Shown here piece after piece: positions 50,001 through 60,900 of a stretch of DNA of 64,000 nucleotides. This DNA is from Protoeuglena noctilucae (taxonomy: Eukaryota), in the NCBI GenBank assembly GCA_958009085.1, contig OY253676.1:372001-436000 (forward strand), read 5' to 3'. The notes under the pieces were generated by a model, which was given only the letters and a program-made list of their open reading frames with translations, had not been told where the DNA came from and did no database searches. The translations under genes were made by a program, and so were the position numbers. How positions within the stretch are numbered: the first letter of the stretch is position 1; the number at the start of each line of letters is the position of its first letter.

Positions 50001-53000
50001 CGTGAGCGAGGCACCAGGCAGGATAGCCCAAGCGCTGTCGTCATCCAACAGCGCGTACCCTAGCACCAACCCCGGGCTTTCACCTGCGCCGTCTCGTGCT
50101 CGAGCAGGTCCAGGCCGCCCATGTCGTCTTCCGCCTCCCGCACAATCCCCATGCCGCCGTCGCCCTGCCCCTCGGACCGCGCCGTGTCGCTCATCACCGA
50201 CGCCGTGAAGCTGCTCTGCCTCGCCAGCTCGTTGTTCTCCTCCTCCACGTTCTTGTCGAGCTTGCCCGCGCCGGCCTGCATCCCCCCGTCCTCTCCGGCT
50301 TCCCTGCCAGCCTCGTAAAGAGACCCGTCACCCTCGCCATCCTCGCCACCCTCGCCACCCTCACCACTGTCGCCGTCCTCGTGCAAAGGCTCGTCAGCCT
50401 CGTGGCCCTCGCGCTCCACCGTCTCTCCGCTGCCCTCGCCTTCGTCGCCCTTGCCCTTGGCGACAGGAGGCTTGCTCTGGCTGTTGAGACGGGACCGCCC
50501 GGCGAGCCGCATGCTGTCCTGGCGCAGGCTGTCCCGGCGGGCGAGGTTCCCGATCGCGCTCGAGGGGCGCCGAGACCCGACCTTGGCGCTCGCGGGGCGC
50601 GAGCTGGCCTCGGTGTGCGCGGCAATGATGCTGTCACGAGGCAGAGCCGCGTTGATGACCTGCGAGTCCTTCTTTGCCACATCCTCGTGGACGGCCTGCT
50701 GGGTCGAGCCTGCACGTAGCATTGAGGAGTACAGGGTGGGTCAGTTGTGTTACAAGCAACCGAGGCTAAAAGCGGCTCTTGGCGACATCAAAGCGGCGCC
50801 AGCACTCGCGGACCTTGCTGAAAGGAGCATACGTCGCAGAGAGCCACACGTGTAGCGAGCTCACCACTGTTCTCGATCGAGGAGACCTTCTTTCCATGGG
50901 ACGAGTGCTGGAGAGACTCTTGCAAGCGGCTGATGGCTTGGCTGGTCAGCGACTCCACCGCCATGTCCTGCGCGTCCGCAAACGGCCCCATCTTGTCCAG
51001 CGACCCGTTGCGGTCCACCCAGTCGCGCACACGCTGACTCGCGAAGTCCCGCCCGACGCCAACAGCGCCCTCGCCATCCTCTCCGCCCTCGCCGCTGCTG
51101 CCGCCGCTGTGCGACACGCTGCCCAGGTCGGCGCGGCCCGTGGGCGCCCCACCCACGCCCGAAGGCCGCGGCTGGCTCGGCGCCTTGGGATGTCCCGATC
51201 CCGGCTCCTCAGGCGCCTCGTGCTTGTGCCCGGACGCCCCAGGCTGCTCCGGGTGCTGCGCCTGGGCCGACTCCGTCTCCGAGCTCCCACCCCTGGCCGC
51301 AGCAGCCACAGCGGCCTCCGCCGCGCCCGGTAGCGCCGGTGCCGCGGCGGACTCCTCCGTAGGCTTCGCCTGCTCGGCCTGACCCGCCGCTCCCTGTCCG
51401 TGCTGGTGTGCGTCCCCCCCGCCAAACACCTCCCGGCGCTTCATGCTGTCGACGCCCTCGATGAAGGCGCGCGCCACCGGGAGCTTGGCGGGCCCCGGCG
51501 ACGGGCCCGTGGCCTCCAGAAGCATCAGCACTTCGTCCTTGGTCCCCTGCATCCGCGCCGCCTGGCACGTGCACTTGATGCCCAGGGGCCCCTGGTACGT
51601 CTCCGAGAAGAACTCCTGCCCGACCAGCGACTTGTGCTTGTTGCTCCCCGCCTTGCGCTGGCCGGGCAGCAGCAGGAGCCCGTCCGCGATGCCCGCCTGC
51701 TTGGCCAGCCGCGGCAGAATGGCCGACAGGTTGCTGCCCACGAGCGAGTCCGCGCTCATGCCGGTGTGCCGGTGCACCGGCCCGTTGATGATCTTGAAGT
51801 TCATCTTGTCGTTCATCTCCAGCACCACGTTCAGCAGGTCCAGGCAGTAGAGCGTCATGGTGAGCGTCGGCTCGGCTGACCGGTGCCCCTCCTCATCCTC
51901 CCCGTAGTCGGCGTTGAAGTAGACGATCGCGATGCGCATGGACCCGTTCGCGTGCTTGATGGACACCAGCTGGGGCTCCGACTGGAAGGGCGGCTTGGCC
52001 GTCGCCTCCAGCCACGCCGCCATGAAGGGCTCGAGGGGCCCCCGCATCAGCATCATCTTGTTCAGCGGCATCCCCTGCAGCCCCTCCCTCGTGAAGCCGA
52101 ACGCCGGCGTCGTGCACTGGCAGTGCTGTCTGGCGTCCGTGATGACGCCCTGCTTGTCCACAAACACCGTCACCGTGGCATGGTCCTCGATGCCTGCGGT
52201 CGGGGCGCACAAGGGTGCCAGTTGCAACGCAGCGCTGTGCCCTCGGTCATCTGAAGCAGCTCCTTGGCAAGGAGGGCCTGGTGGGCCAGTAAGCAAGGCT
52301 GGCGACAACCGGCCACTCACCCTGCACCAGGTGCTGGAAGCGCATGGTGAACTGAGGGGCGCCCTCGTCAGTGGTCGACTTGCTGATGAGTGAAATTTGC
52401 ACGTAGATGATGCCGTTCTTGGACGGCATGCGCACCACGTGCTGGTCCAAGGCTGCGATCCTCAGGTTTGGGTCCTCGCCAGCCTTCTCAAGACGCGTCG
52501 CGTAAATGGCCGAGCAGGGGTGGGCGAAAATCTTGATGATAGGGAGATTGACGAGCGCCTTCTCCGTCTGGCTGCAGAGCTTCTTGAACGCGGTGTTGTA
52601 GCTGACAATCTCGCTCATGGGGCCCAGGACCACCAGGGGCGGCTCCTCCCCCACGCGGGCCACCTTGACCGCCACGAGGCGCGACTCGCCGTACCCCACG
52701 TACGTGGCCTGCACCGTCGCGTCGAACCGCTCCCCGAACTTGGACTGCACGGCCGTGACGGTCTGCGACGGCCTCTCGTCCCCGCACTCCTGCGGGGCGC
52801 CCGCCACCACGGCGCGGATGGTGGCCTCGTCGGGGAAGATGACGTTGATCTTGGTGCCCTGCAGCTCCTGGATGCTCCATCCCATGAGCCCGCTGAAGGG
52901 CTTGGTGGCGTGCACCAGCTGGCACGTGGTCGTCATGTAGCAGATGGCGTCCTCCTCGTTCGTCTCGCGGGCGCGGATGACGCCCATGTACCCGTCCATG

Positions 53001-56000
53001 CCGTTCTGCAGGCCAGGAGCCGCTGCCATGGTTGCCGCGCTGCATGAGTGGCGCGGTGCTGCTGTTACATGCCGCAGTGCCCCTGTCACTTGTGGCACCC
53101 CCGGCTCACCTGGGAGATCTTGGTCACGCAGATGGTGACCGGCAGCAGGTTGCCGTCCTTCTGCAGCGCCACCATGGGCATGACCTTGTTCATGATGTGC
53201 AGCTGCCCCGTCAGCGCAAAGTTCTTCAGGTACCGGTCGTGCTGCTGGGAGAAGGGCACCGGCATGAGCGTGGAGACGTTCCGCCCCATGAGCTCGCCGC
53301 GCTTGTAGTTGAGGAGCTTGGTGAGGTTGGTGTTGGTGAAGTTGATCATGCCGTCCGTGTCAATGACGATGACCGAGTCCCGCGCCTCGTCGATGTTGGT
53401 CAGCGACGGCTTATCCTTGATGCCCGAGGCGCCCATGCCCTCCTCGGCGTTCGCCTCGCCCTTCGCCGCCGCCGCGTCCTCCAACCGCTCCGCCTCCTGG
53501 TAGTACTGCATGGCCAGCCCGCTGTTGTCCAGCACGTCCTCCAAGAACTTGCCATACATCTGCGGAGCGAGGCGAGGCGCCAGGTCACGCGGCGGCGCGT
53601 GCGCCACGCGGGAGGGCGCGCTCGAAGCCCGGCCGCCGTGCCTGGAGCAGCTTGGGGTAGTTGCTGTGCCGGGAGATCATCGACTTGTAGATGCCGTCCG
53701 CCGCCAGCTCGTGCTTGTCCATCCGCCGCACGGCCGTCGCCACGTCGTCGATGCCCAGGTCGCTCTTCAGCAGCGACTTCCACACGTCCCGGGACGCCTC
53801 GATCGCTTTCCTGCAACCACCGGGGCGGGCCTTGCTCCATGTGCCCTCTGCTGCCGTCGATTGCCGCCTAGCCCAGCGACCACCACGCTGCCCGCCGGCC
53901 CTGCGCCCCGCACTCACTTGTGGACCTGCAGGACCATGCGCAGCTGGTGCTGCAGCTCCACATAGCTGCTCCAGTCCATGCTGTCGCCCCCCGTCGAGCT
54001 CTGGCACTTCCTCAGCTCCTTCTCCAGCGACAGGAGCTCGATCCGCACGCTCTGCAGGCACACCACATCCAGCTGTTGTTGCCGGACCCACCATCACCCT
54101 GCCTGCCACAGGCCCTGTCTCGTGCTGCCCGCCCTCACCATCGAGACGCTCATGCCCCGGGCTTTCTGCACGGACGACTGGGCCGAGTGCACGTCCTCCT
54201 GCCCGTACGCCTGGATGATGGCCATGGCCATCACCACCTCCGCAGAGTCGGGGAAGTGCGACACGGCGTGGTTGACCGCTGAGAAGCACCCGTCGATGTC
54301 CTCCTGGGGCACCCGCCGCTGGCCCTCCGTCTTGCGCAGCACGCGGATGAGCAGCTGCGCGGGCAAAGTGGGGGCGCATGGAAGCCAGCGCGACGTGCAC
54401 AGCATGGAGTGCCCATGTCCCAGCATGGAGATGAGGGCAGCCATGCCTCGCCCCCACTCCCTGCCCTCTGCTTCACCCCGCCCGCCTGCCCACCTCTGGG
54501 TCCTCGTGGTCGAAAAACTTGTGCACCCGCAGATCCGTCTGCGACAGGTTCTTGCGGATCTCCTTGAACTTCTCCAGCACCGCCTCCGCGCGCACGATCC
54601 TCTTCCTCGCCCCCAGAATCGCCAGGGTCCCGCCCACGACGCTAATGGGGATCAGCAGGATGGCCGCCGCGTTCACGCCCCCCACTTGCACCGTCGACGC
54701 CAGGGAGGCGCAGCCGATGGCGCCCATGGCGAAGGCGCGGGCCTTGGACTGCCCCTGGCCCAGGTACGGCAGCCGCACGATCATCACGTAGTTCAGCCAC
54801 GCCCACAGAAGCACGATGACGACCCCCGACAGCACCGGGACGGCGCCTGTCAGCAGGTGCAGGACGATCTGCGTGTGAGACGAGGCAAGCATAAGCGCGG
54901 CGCTGCGACCCGTCCAGGCACCCGGCGCTCGCCGACCGCGCCACGTGCCCCGCCGACCGCGCGGTCGCATTACCCCCCTGTCTCACCAGGGACGTGACCT
55001 TGAGCAGCTCCACACGCGAGACCGCTGCCATGGACCCGCCCGCGAAGGGCACGGGCGTCACCGGGTTGAGCTCGCAGTCCTTGATGCACAGCAGGACGTA
55101 CATGGGCGCGTGGAGGAGCAGGGCCACCGCGAGCCCGACCAAGCCGATGAGCAGGACGGTCCCCTTGCACTCGGTGCTCTCCAGGAAGATGTTGTGCCCC
55201 GAGTGGCCCGTGATCTTGCCGGACCAGTCGCAGGACAGGGGCGCGAGCAGTACTCCCAGCGCGGGGAGCCTGCGGGCGAGCGGCTGCCGTGTCAGCGCAC
55301 CAGGCGGCCCGCACGCAACGCCACAGCGTGCCCCAGCCCCTCTGGGCTGCCACCGCCTCACCCAAACAGCTTGTAGTAGAACACCTCGAATAGCCTCGAT
55401 ATCACCAGCTCCGCCCGGTGCGGCGTCCGGCCCCGCCGGGTCACCACCCCGATGCGAATGGCCAGCAGGAAGTGGGCCACCGTCATGGCCAGCGCACACA
55501 GGGCCAGCCCCTTCTGCAGCGCGGGAACGGGAACGACCAGTCCGCATGCGCCACCGCTGCCAGAGTGCCTCGCGGCTTCCCCGCGCAGAAACCCCCTTGT
55601 TTCCACTCACCAGCACGCGCTCGTCCCTCGACACCCGGGCCCACCCGTGGCCCTGGATCCGCAGCATCCACCGCCCGATGGGGTTGTCCCACGAGAAGTG
55701 GTAGCCCCATATCGGGTGTATCGAGTAGATGGCCACGAACACCACCTGGTACAGCAAGATGATCCCCTGCAGCAGCGCAACGTGCGGGCGGCATGACGCC
55801 GGGCCCAGAGCGCGCCCGGGCGCCCGCGGAGTCGACGAAGCGGCGGCGTGGGCGGACGCAATTCTCACCTGCAGCTTCCACGACTTCTCCATGCCCAGGC
55901 GGTCCGCCGCGCCCAGGTACGCGAAGGCATAGTCGGCAGTGTAGGCGCGCTTGGACAGGCCGACGCCCGCGTCCACGCCGCCGGCCGAGAACCCAGCCAC

Positions 56001-56042
56001 TGACGACCCCGCCTTCTCGGAGCCGTGGGCGCCAGAGCCCAT
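47098..56042 (-). CDS. Large multi-pass membrane protein with about 5 PAS domains (FixL-like FXL / TmcB-like family), about 20 exons
   Basis: N-terminal TM cluster, then a helical region (KAIEASRDVWKSLL...YPKLLQMYGKFLEDVL). PAS1 is DSVIVIDTDGMI...LMGRNVSTLMPVPFSQQHDRYL, followed by further PAS-like repeats at about 51700-52960. An acidic linker precedes the C-terminal TM segments. Probable stop at 47098 (alternative 47070). Confidence 0.85.
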
Positions 56043-57108
56043 GCTACTGCGGCGCAGGGAGGGACGAGAGGCTTCTCAACGGCGCGTCATCCTGCGCACC
56101 GAGCACTGCGGGTCTGAGGCCGGCCCGGCCGGTGCTTCCGCGTCGGTTGACCTGCACGCATCCTTGCCGAGGGTGGCCCCGTTCGTCCCAACCGCATGGA
56201 ATCGGATCGGGCCAGGGACGTTACGGCACGCCGGCGAATGCGCTCTCTAGTGCGCACAAGGGACCACGTCGTGTCGTACGAGCATGTGCATACGAATTTT
56301 GCATGGGAAACCCCTCGTCGTCCGGGAACAGCCACGGGAAATGCAGTCGCATGTCGATGCCCTCCCTCGCGCTGCGCCTGCTCCCAAGCCGTCTCCTGAA
56401 CTAAGGACGCCGCGATATGTCCCCAAGCCAGCACTGATACATGCAGAGGGGCTCTCAGCAGCTCCCCCGGCTCGCAAACGCCAGCTGGGACTCGGGCCGA
56501 GTCGCCGGGCGGCCGCAGAGGGTGCAGCGAGGAACCAGAGCGCAAACATGAAACAAGTCATTGGGTGGTGGGGTTTCGGGCCTCCGTGGCCCAGCGAGGA
56601 GCGAACGCGGAGGCGAAGTCAACGTGCCAAGCTGAGCGTCACCTCTGCCCGTAGGACGAGCCTCCTGTGCTTGACGCATTGTCCGCCATCTTCACGCGAG
56701 TGCGCACGGCGCGGCCGCGCGCGAAAAAGTCTCCCTGTTGCCTCCCAAGCACGCGTCAAGATCTCGCTGGGTGCGTCGCACGCAAGCGTCCTACGCCGTT
56801 TCGTCAAACACAGTCTCAAAAGTCTGGTATGATGCAACCTTTGTGAACTGCGGACCGAAACGAGGCCAAAACTTGAAGAAAGGGAGAGGGCAACGTGAGA
56901 CCCTACCAGGTAAACCCCCGCTCCTCTCGAGGCCGGGCAAGAAAGGAGGAGGGCGGGGACCGCTAGCAGATGATCGGTACAGAGCATGAATGTGCGGGGA
57001 AGGCCGAAAACTGGTTGGTACACACAGTGCATGGGGCCGCACGACGGGCGTCTCACAGCTCCTCCAGCCAGCAAGTCGCGCTGTCGTGGGCAGGCGCGCG
57101 GGCTCCTG

Positions 57109-57308
57109 NNNNNNNNNNNNNNNNNNNNNNNNNNNNNNNNNNNNNNNNNNNNNNNNNNNNNNNNNNNNNNNNNNNNNNNNNNNNNNNNNNNNNNNNNNNN
57201 NNNNNNNNNNNNNNNNNNNNNNNNNNNNNNNNNNNNNNNNNNNNNNNNNNNNNNNNNNNNNNNNNNNNNNNNNNNNNNNNNNNNNNNNNNNNNNNNNNNN
57301 NNNNNNNN
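57109..57308. other. Assembly gap (200 N)
   Basis: Run of N characters. Confidence 1.
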
Positions 57309-57924
57309 AATGCGTAACACCAGCTGTCATGGCGACCTCAGCCTGGCGGCCTCTGCATTCGTGCCCGGTGACGCCGTCAAGCCCAAAATATTTGCCGTCT
57401 CCAAAGGATGCCGTTTTCGCAGAACAATCCAATCCGTAGGGCCTTCCGAGCTGCTCACTGCGGCTCAGGCCAAGCTGTCGGCGCTATCCCCGGCAGTTTA
57501 CGCGACAAGTTGACCTAGCACCTACCTCGCAAGCCCTCTGCATGCTCTGTATGGATCGGCGGCCACCCTATCAGTCGGGTGCCGCCGTACGATTGGCTGT
57601 GCCTGCTGCCCGCAGAGTTTTTTCCATTGGCTTTGTTGGCATGTTTTCCCTGCTCCGCCGTATCGCGCATCAGTGGCAGCGCCACTTGCTGCCTTTGTTT
57701 TTGTGACTGTGACTTTTCAGCGGGGGGCCAACACTGTGACGGCCCCCCGCGGTAGCGGTCCCCAACCTTGCCCGTTTTGTTCCTTCGTTACCCGTGGTCT
57801 CGTCAATGCGGCCACACTGTGTCCCCGCATTGCCTCATCTCATATCCAAACCATAGCTGACCACGGAGGTCTGCCAGCAACCTTAGGCCTGGTGCCCGTT
57901 TGGTTATTTTCTTGAACAAGCACT

Positions 57925-60721
57925 TCAGCGCGAAGCAACCTGTGCGGCTGAGTTCTCGACCTCCCGGCCCGTGTACACCCCGTTGATGGTCTTGCCAGTG
58001 ACGCCAGGGCGCAGACCTCCCTCGCAAGTGGACAGGATCTGGCGCCAGTCCCTGTAGAAGGCGCGAGGTCGTCACACCGTGGCTGTATCGCATTTATGGC
58101 TGCCTTCCCCGCCGCAGGTGCCCTAGTCACCATTTGTTGAGAGCAAGCGAGGGCAGCGAGCGAGGGCAGCAAACCATGTACCCCTCCAGTGCGCTTGGCA
58201 TGTCACCTGGCCGCGGCTCCCGGCGCCCCCCGGAACTCCTCCGAGAACGGCACGGTGCTCTTGATCTCAAACGTCGTGTTGGCGGCCATGGGCAGGTCCA
58301 GAAGAGCCACGCAAAGGTCCGCCACGTCCTCGCGCGACACCTTGCCCTTAATCGTGTCCCCCTGGTCCACCACCTGCGACGGGCCTCGCAAACAGAGACG
58401 ATCACGGCGTGAGCTATGTCGGACGATACACATGGCGGCGTCAGGCCCACCGCTCGGTGCCCAGGGGTGCCTCTGTCAGCCAACAACACACCAGGTCGGC
58501 ACCGGCGGGCTCCTCAGTCAGAGCAGTCGGGCGCACGATGGCGTGCGGGATCCCGCTCGCACGAAGAGCGTCCTCTCCAGCCAGCTTGTAGGTAAGCAGG
58601 CCGCCCAACTGGTCGTTGAGCCGCACGGCTGGGGGCTCCATGTTTACATCGATCCCTGGCCGGTCGCACCGCGTCACCCCCGCACTGCTCACGTGCACCA
58701 CCCGGGGCGTCTGCGGAGCGCGACGAGAGATCAGTGAAACAACGTGAGGGTCGTTGCACTCAGGACGACCCCCGACGAGCAGCGAGTGCCGGCAGTAAGC
58801 GGTAGTGCTCACCACAGCCTGCGTGGAGTACGGCGCAATGTACTCGATGGGGAGCTCAAACGCGCCCGCTCGGAACGCCGGGCTCAGCTCGCCGTCGTAT
58901 TCGAATTTGGACAGCATGAGCTGGATGCTGCACACCCTGGTGGGGTCCACAGCCTCCCCACCCCGAAGCATCCGCGCCCTGAGGGAACGCGCGATGTACT
59001 GGGTGCGTGAACTAATGAGCACCTTATTATGGCAATCGCAAGGCCCTAACCCTTGCTGGCACACTCCCCGCGCATGCAGCTCTGAGAGGCACCACCGGAG
59101 GCACCACCGCTCACCGGAAGACAGGTGCCATCTCGGAAAAGGGTACCCGCACCGTGTGCCACTCCCCGGCGACCGTGTCGAAGCTGCGGCAGTAGCTGAT
59201 CGAGTCCCAGCCGGGGTCGCACCGCAGGATGAGCTTGTAGCGCAGTCCGTTCCCGCGCACGCGGAGCTCGACGCCCTCGTAGGCACCCAGGTCGAGGGGA
59301 GGCTCGAAGTTGCGGCTGCGCGTCGATGCAAAGCCCCCGGAGTTGGCCTCCGAGACGACGCCGCGGAACACGGCGGGGTCGCCGGGGCGCGCGGGAGGGT
59401 CCAGGCGGGACGAGCTCACGCCACCCATTACGACCTGCAAGTGGGTGTCGGGATGGGGACAAAAGGTCATAGAGAAGACACTTTGGTGCCGCCCATTGCA
59501 GGCATGGGTCAGCAAACCAAAGCAAGGCTGCGAGCTCGGTTGTAGCAGGCAATCCACGCGACAAAAGCAACTCACGTCGTCGAGGGCCCCAAACGTGACG
59601 CCAGGGGCGGGGAAGATGACTGGGCCACGCTCGCCTCCCGCCCGCACGTGTAAGCGTATGGCATCAATCAGATGCTGCATTCCTTGCAGCTCCACCATCT
59701 CAGGCGTATCTCCCGGGATCTCTGCGCGTGTGTGGCATCCGAGCGGGTCAGCACCATCCTATTCCTCCTGCCCTTCACTCCCTCTTGCAAGTGCACTCTG
59801 CGCCCTCATAAATCAACTCACCGGGATCGTAGAACTTGATGCCCTGATAATACTTTGATCTGCGTACGTCGTCGCCCTCCTTGGGCGTCACGACGGTCGA
59901 GGCGCACGACACCACGGCACGCACTCCCTCGAACATGAAAGGCTGCATCGTAGCACGCTGCGTCAGGTCCGCCGCGACCACCTCCAGTCGGTCGGGAGCC
60001 CCGGGGAGCCCCGCCAGCAGCTGGGCCGCCTTGCTCGTGTCCCTGCGCACTCACAGAGTGGGAGGGGGCTCTAGCCAAAACGACAGCGTTCTCGCACATT
60101 GTGAGTCGTGTCGAGGACACGCGTGCTAGCGACGCGCGGGCCTGTCGTTGTCACCTGACCAGCGCTCGCACCCGCACGTCGCCCCGAGCAAACAGCCGCT
60201 GCACGACGCGCCGCCCGACCCCGCCCGTGGCACCCGTCACAAGCACCATATCCTGCTTCCTCGTGCCGCCCCCCGAAGGCATGGATCCGGGCGCCAGCTC
60301 GCCCGGCGCGAGCACGCGGAGGATTGCGGACTTGCGCGCCTCCAGGTCGGCGCTGGGGCTCAGCCCACCGGATGAGATCCCCGAGAAGACGCGCTTGATA
60401 AACTCCAGAGGCCCGGGAACCGGATTGAAGAACATAACAGTGCGGGCGAAGCGCGCGATATCCCACGGTTCGCGGTCACCCTTCTCCCCGGCCGCGACGG
60501 TCACCGAGAGCCTTGCGCTGCAAGCAGGCAGATGTTTCTTGTGCTTCCGGCATCAAAGTATCAAAAATGCCCGTGAGAACGTGGTTGCATGCTTCTCGCG
60601 CGACGCATCACCCGGTGTGTGGTCGGCCTCCTTGCAGGCCGCGCGGGGCCCTCCCGCCCCTTGGAAGAGGCGATGGTGCCACAGCCGGTTTCACAGAGGC
60701 CAGCGAGTGTGCCGGACGCAT
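57925..60721 (-). CDS. Plastid-type NAD(P)-binding Rossmann protein with an inserted CIA30 domain (UOS1/At4g18810-like, HCF173-related family)
   Basis: Transit-peptide-like start MRPAHSLASVKP. Motifs EPWDIARFARTVMFFN, VLVTGATGGVGRRVV, KYYQGIKFYDP, GALDDVVMGGVSSS, NSGGFASTRSRN, LMLSKFEYDGEL, EPPAVRLNDQLGGLLTYKLAGED, DQGDTIKGKVSRED and GVTGKTINGVYTG. Confidence 0.9.
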
Positions 60722-60900
60722 TCTGATCCGCCTCGCAAGCACGCGATTTTACTTCACAGCCGCGACAACTACCCACGCACGGGCGATGGCGGGGCTGCGC
60801 GCGACACTGACGCAACCAACACACGCTCAACGAAATTGCGACCCCGGGACTGTGCCCCGCCCCACCGCTCGTCCGGAGAAGCCGTCAGCCTGGCGCGTTC

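Noticed and set aside
56050..57108. Possible gene upstream of the PAS protein
   Set aside because: No coding-like codon bias or motifs. It is likely 5' UTR, intron or promoter sequence, and it is interrupted by the assembly gap.
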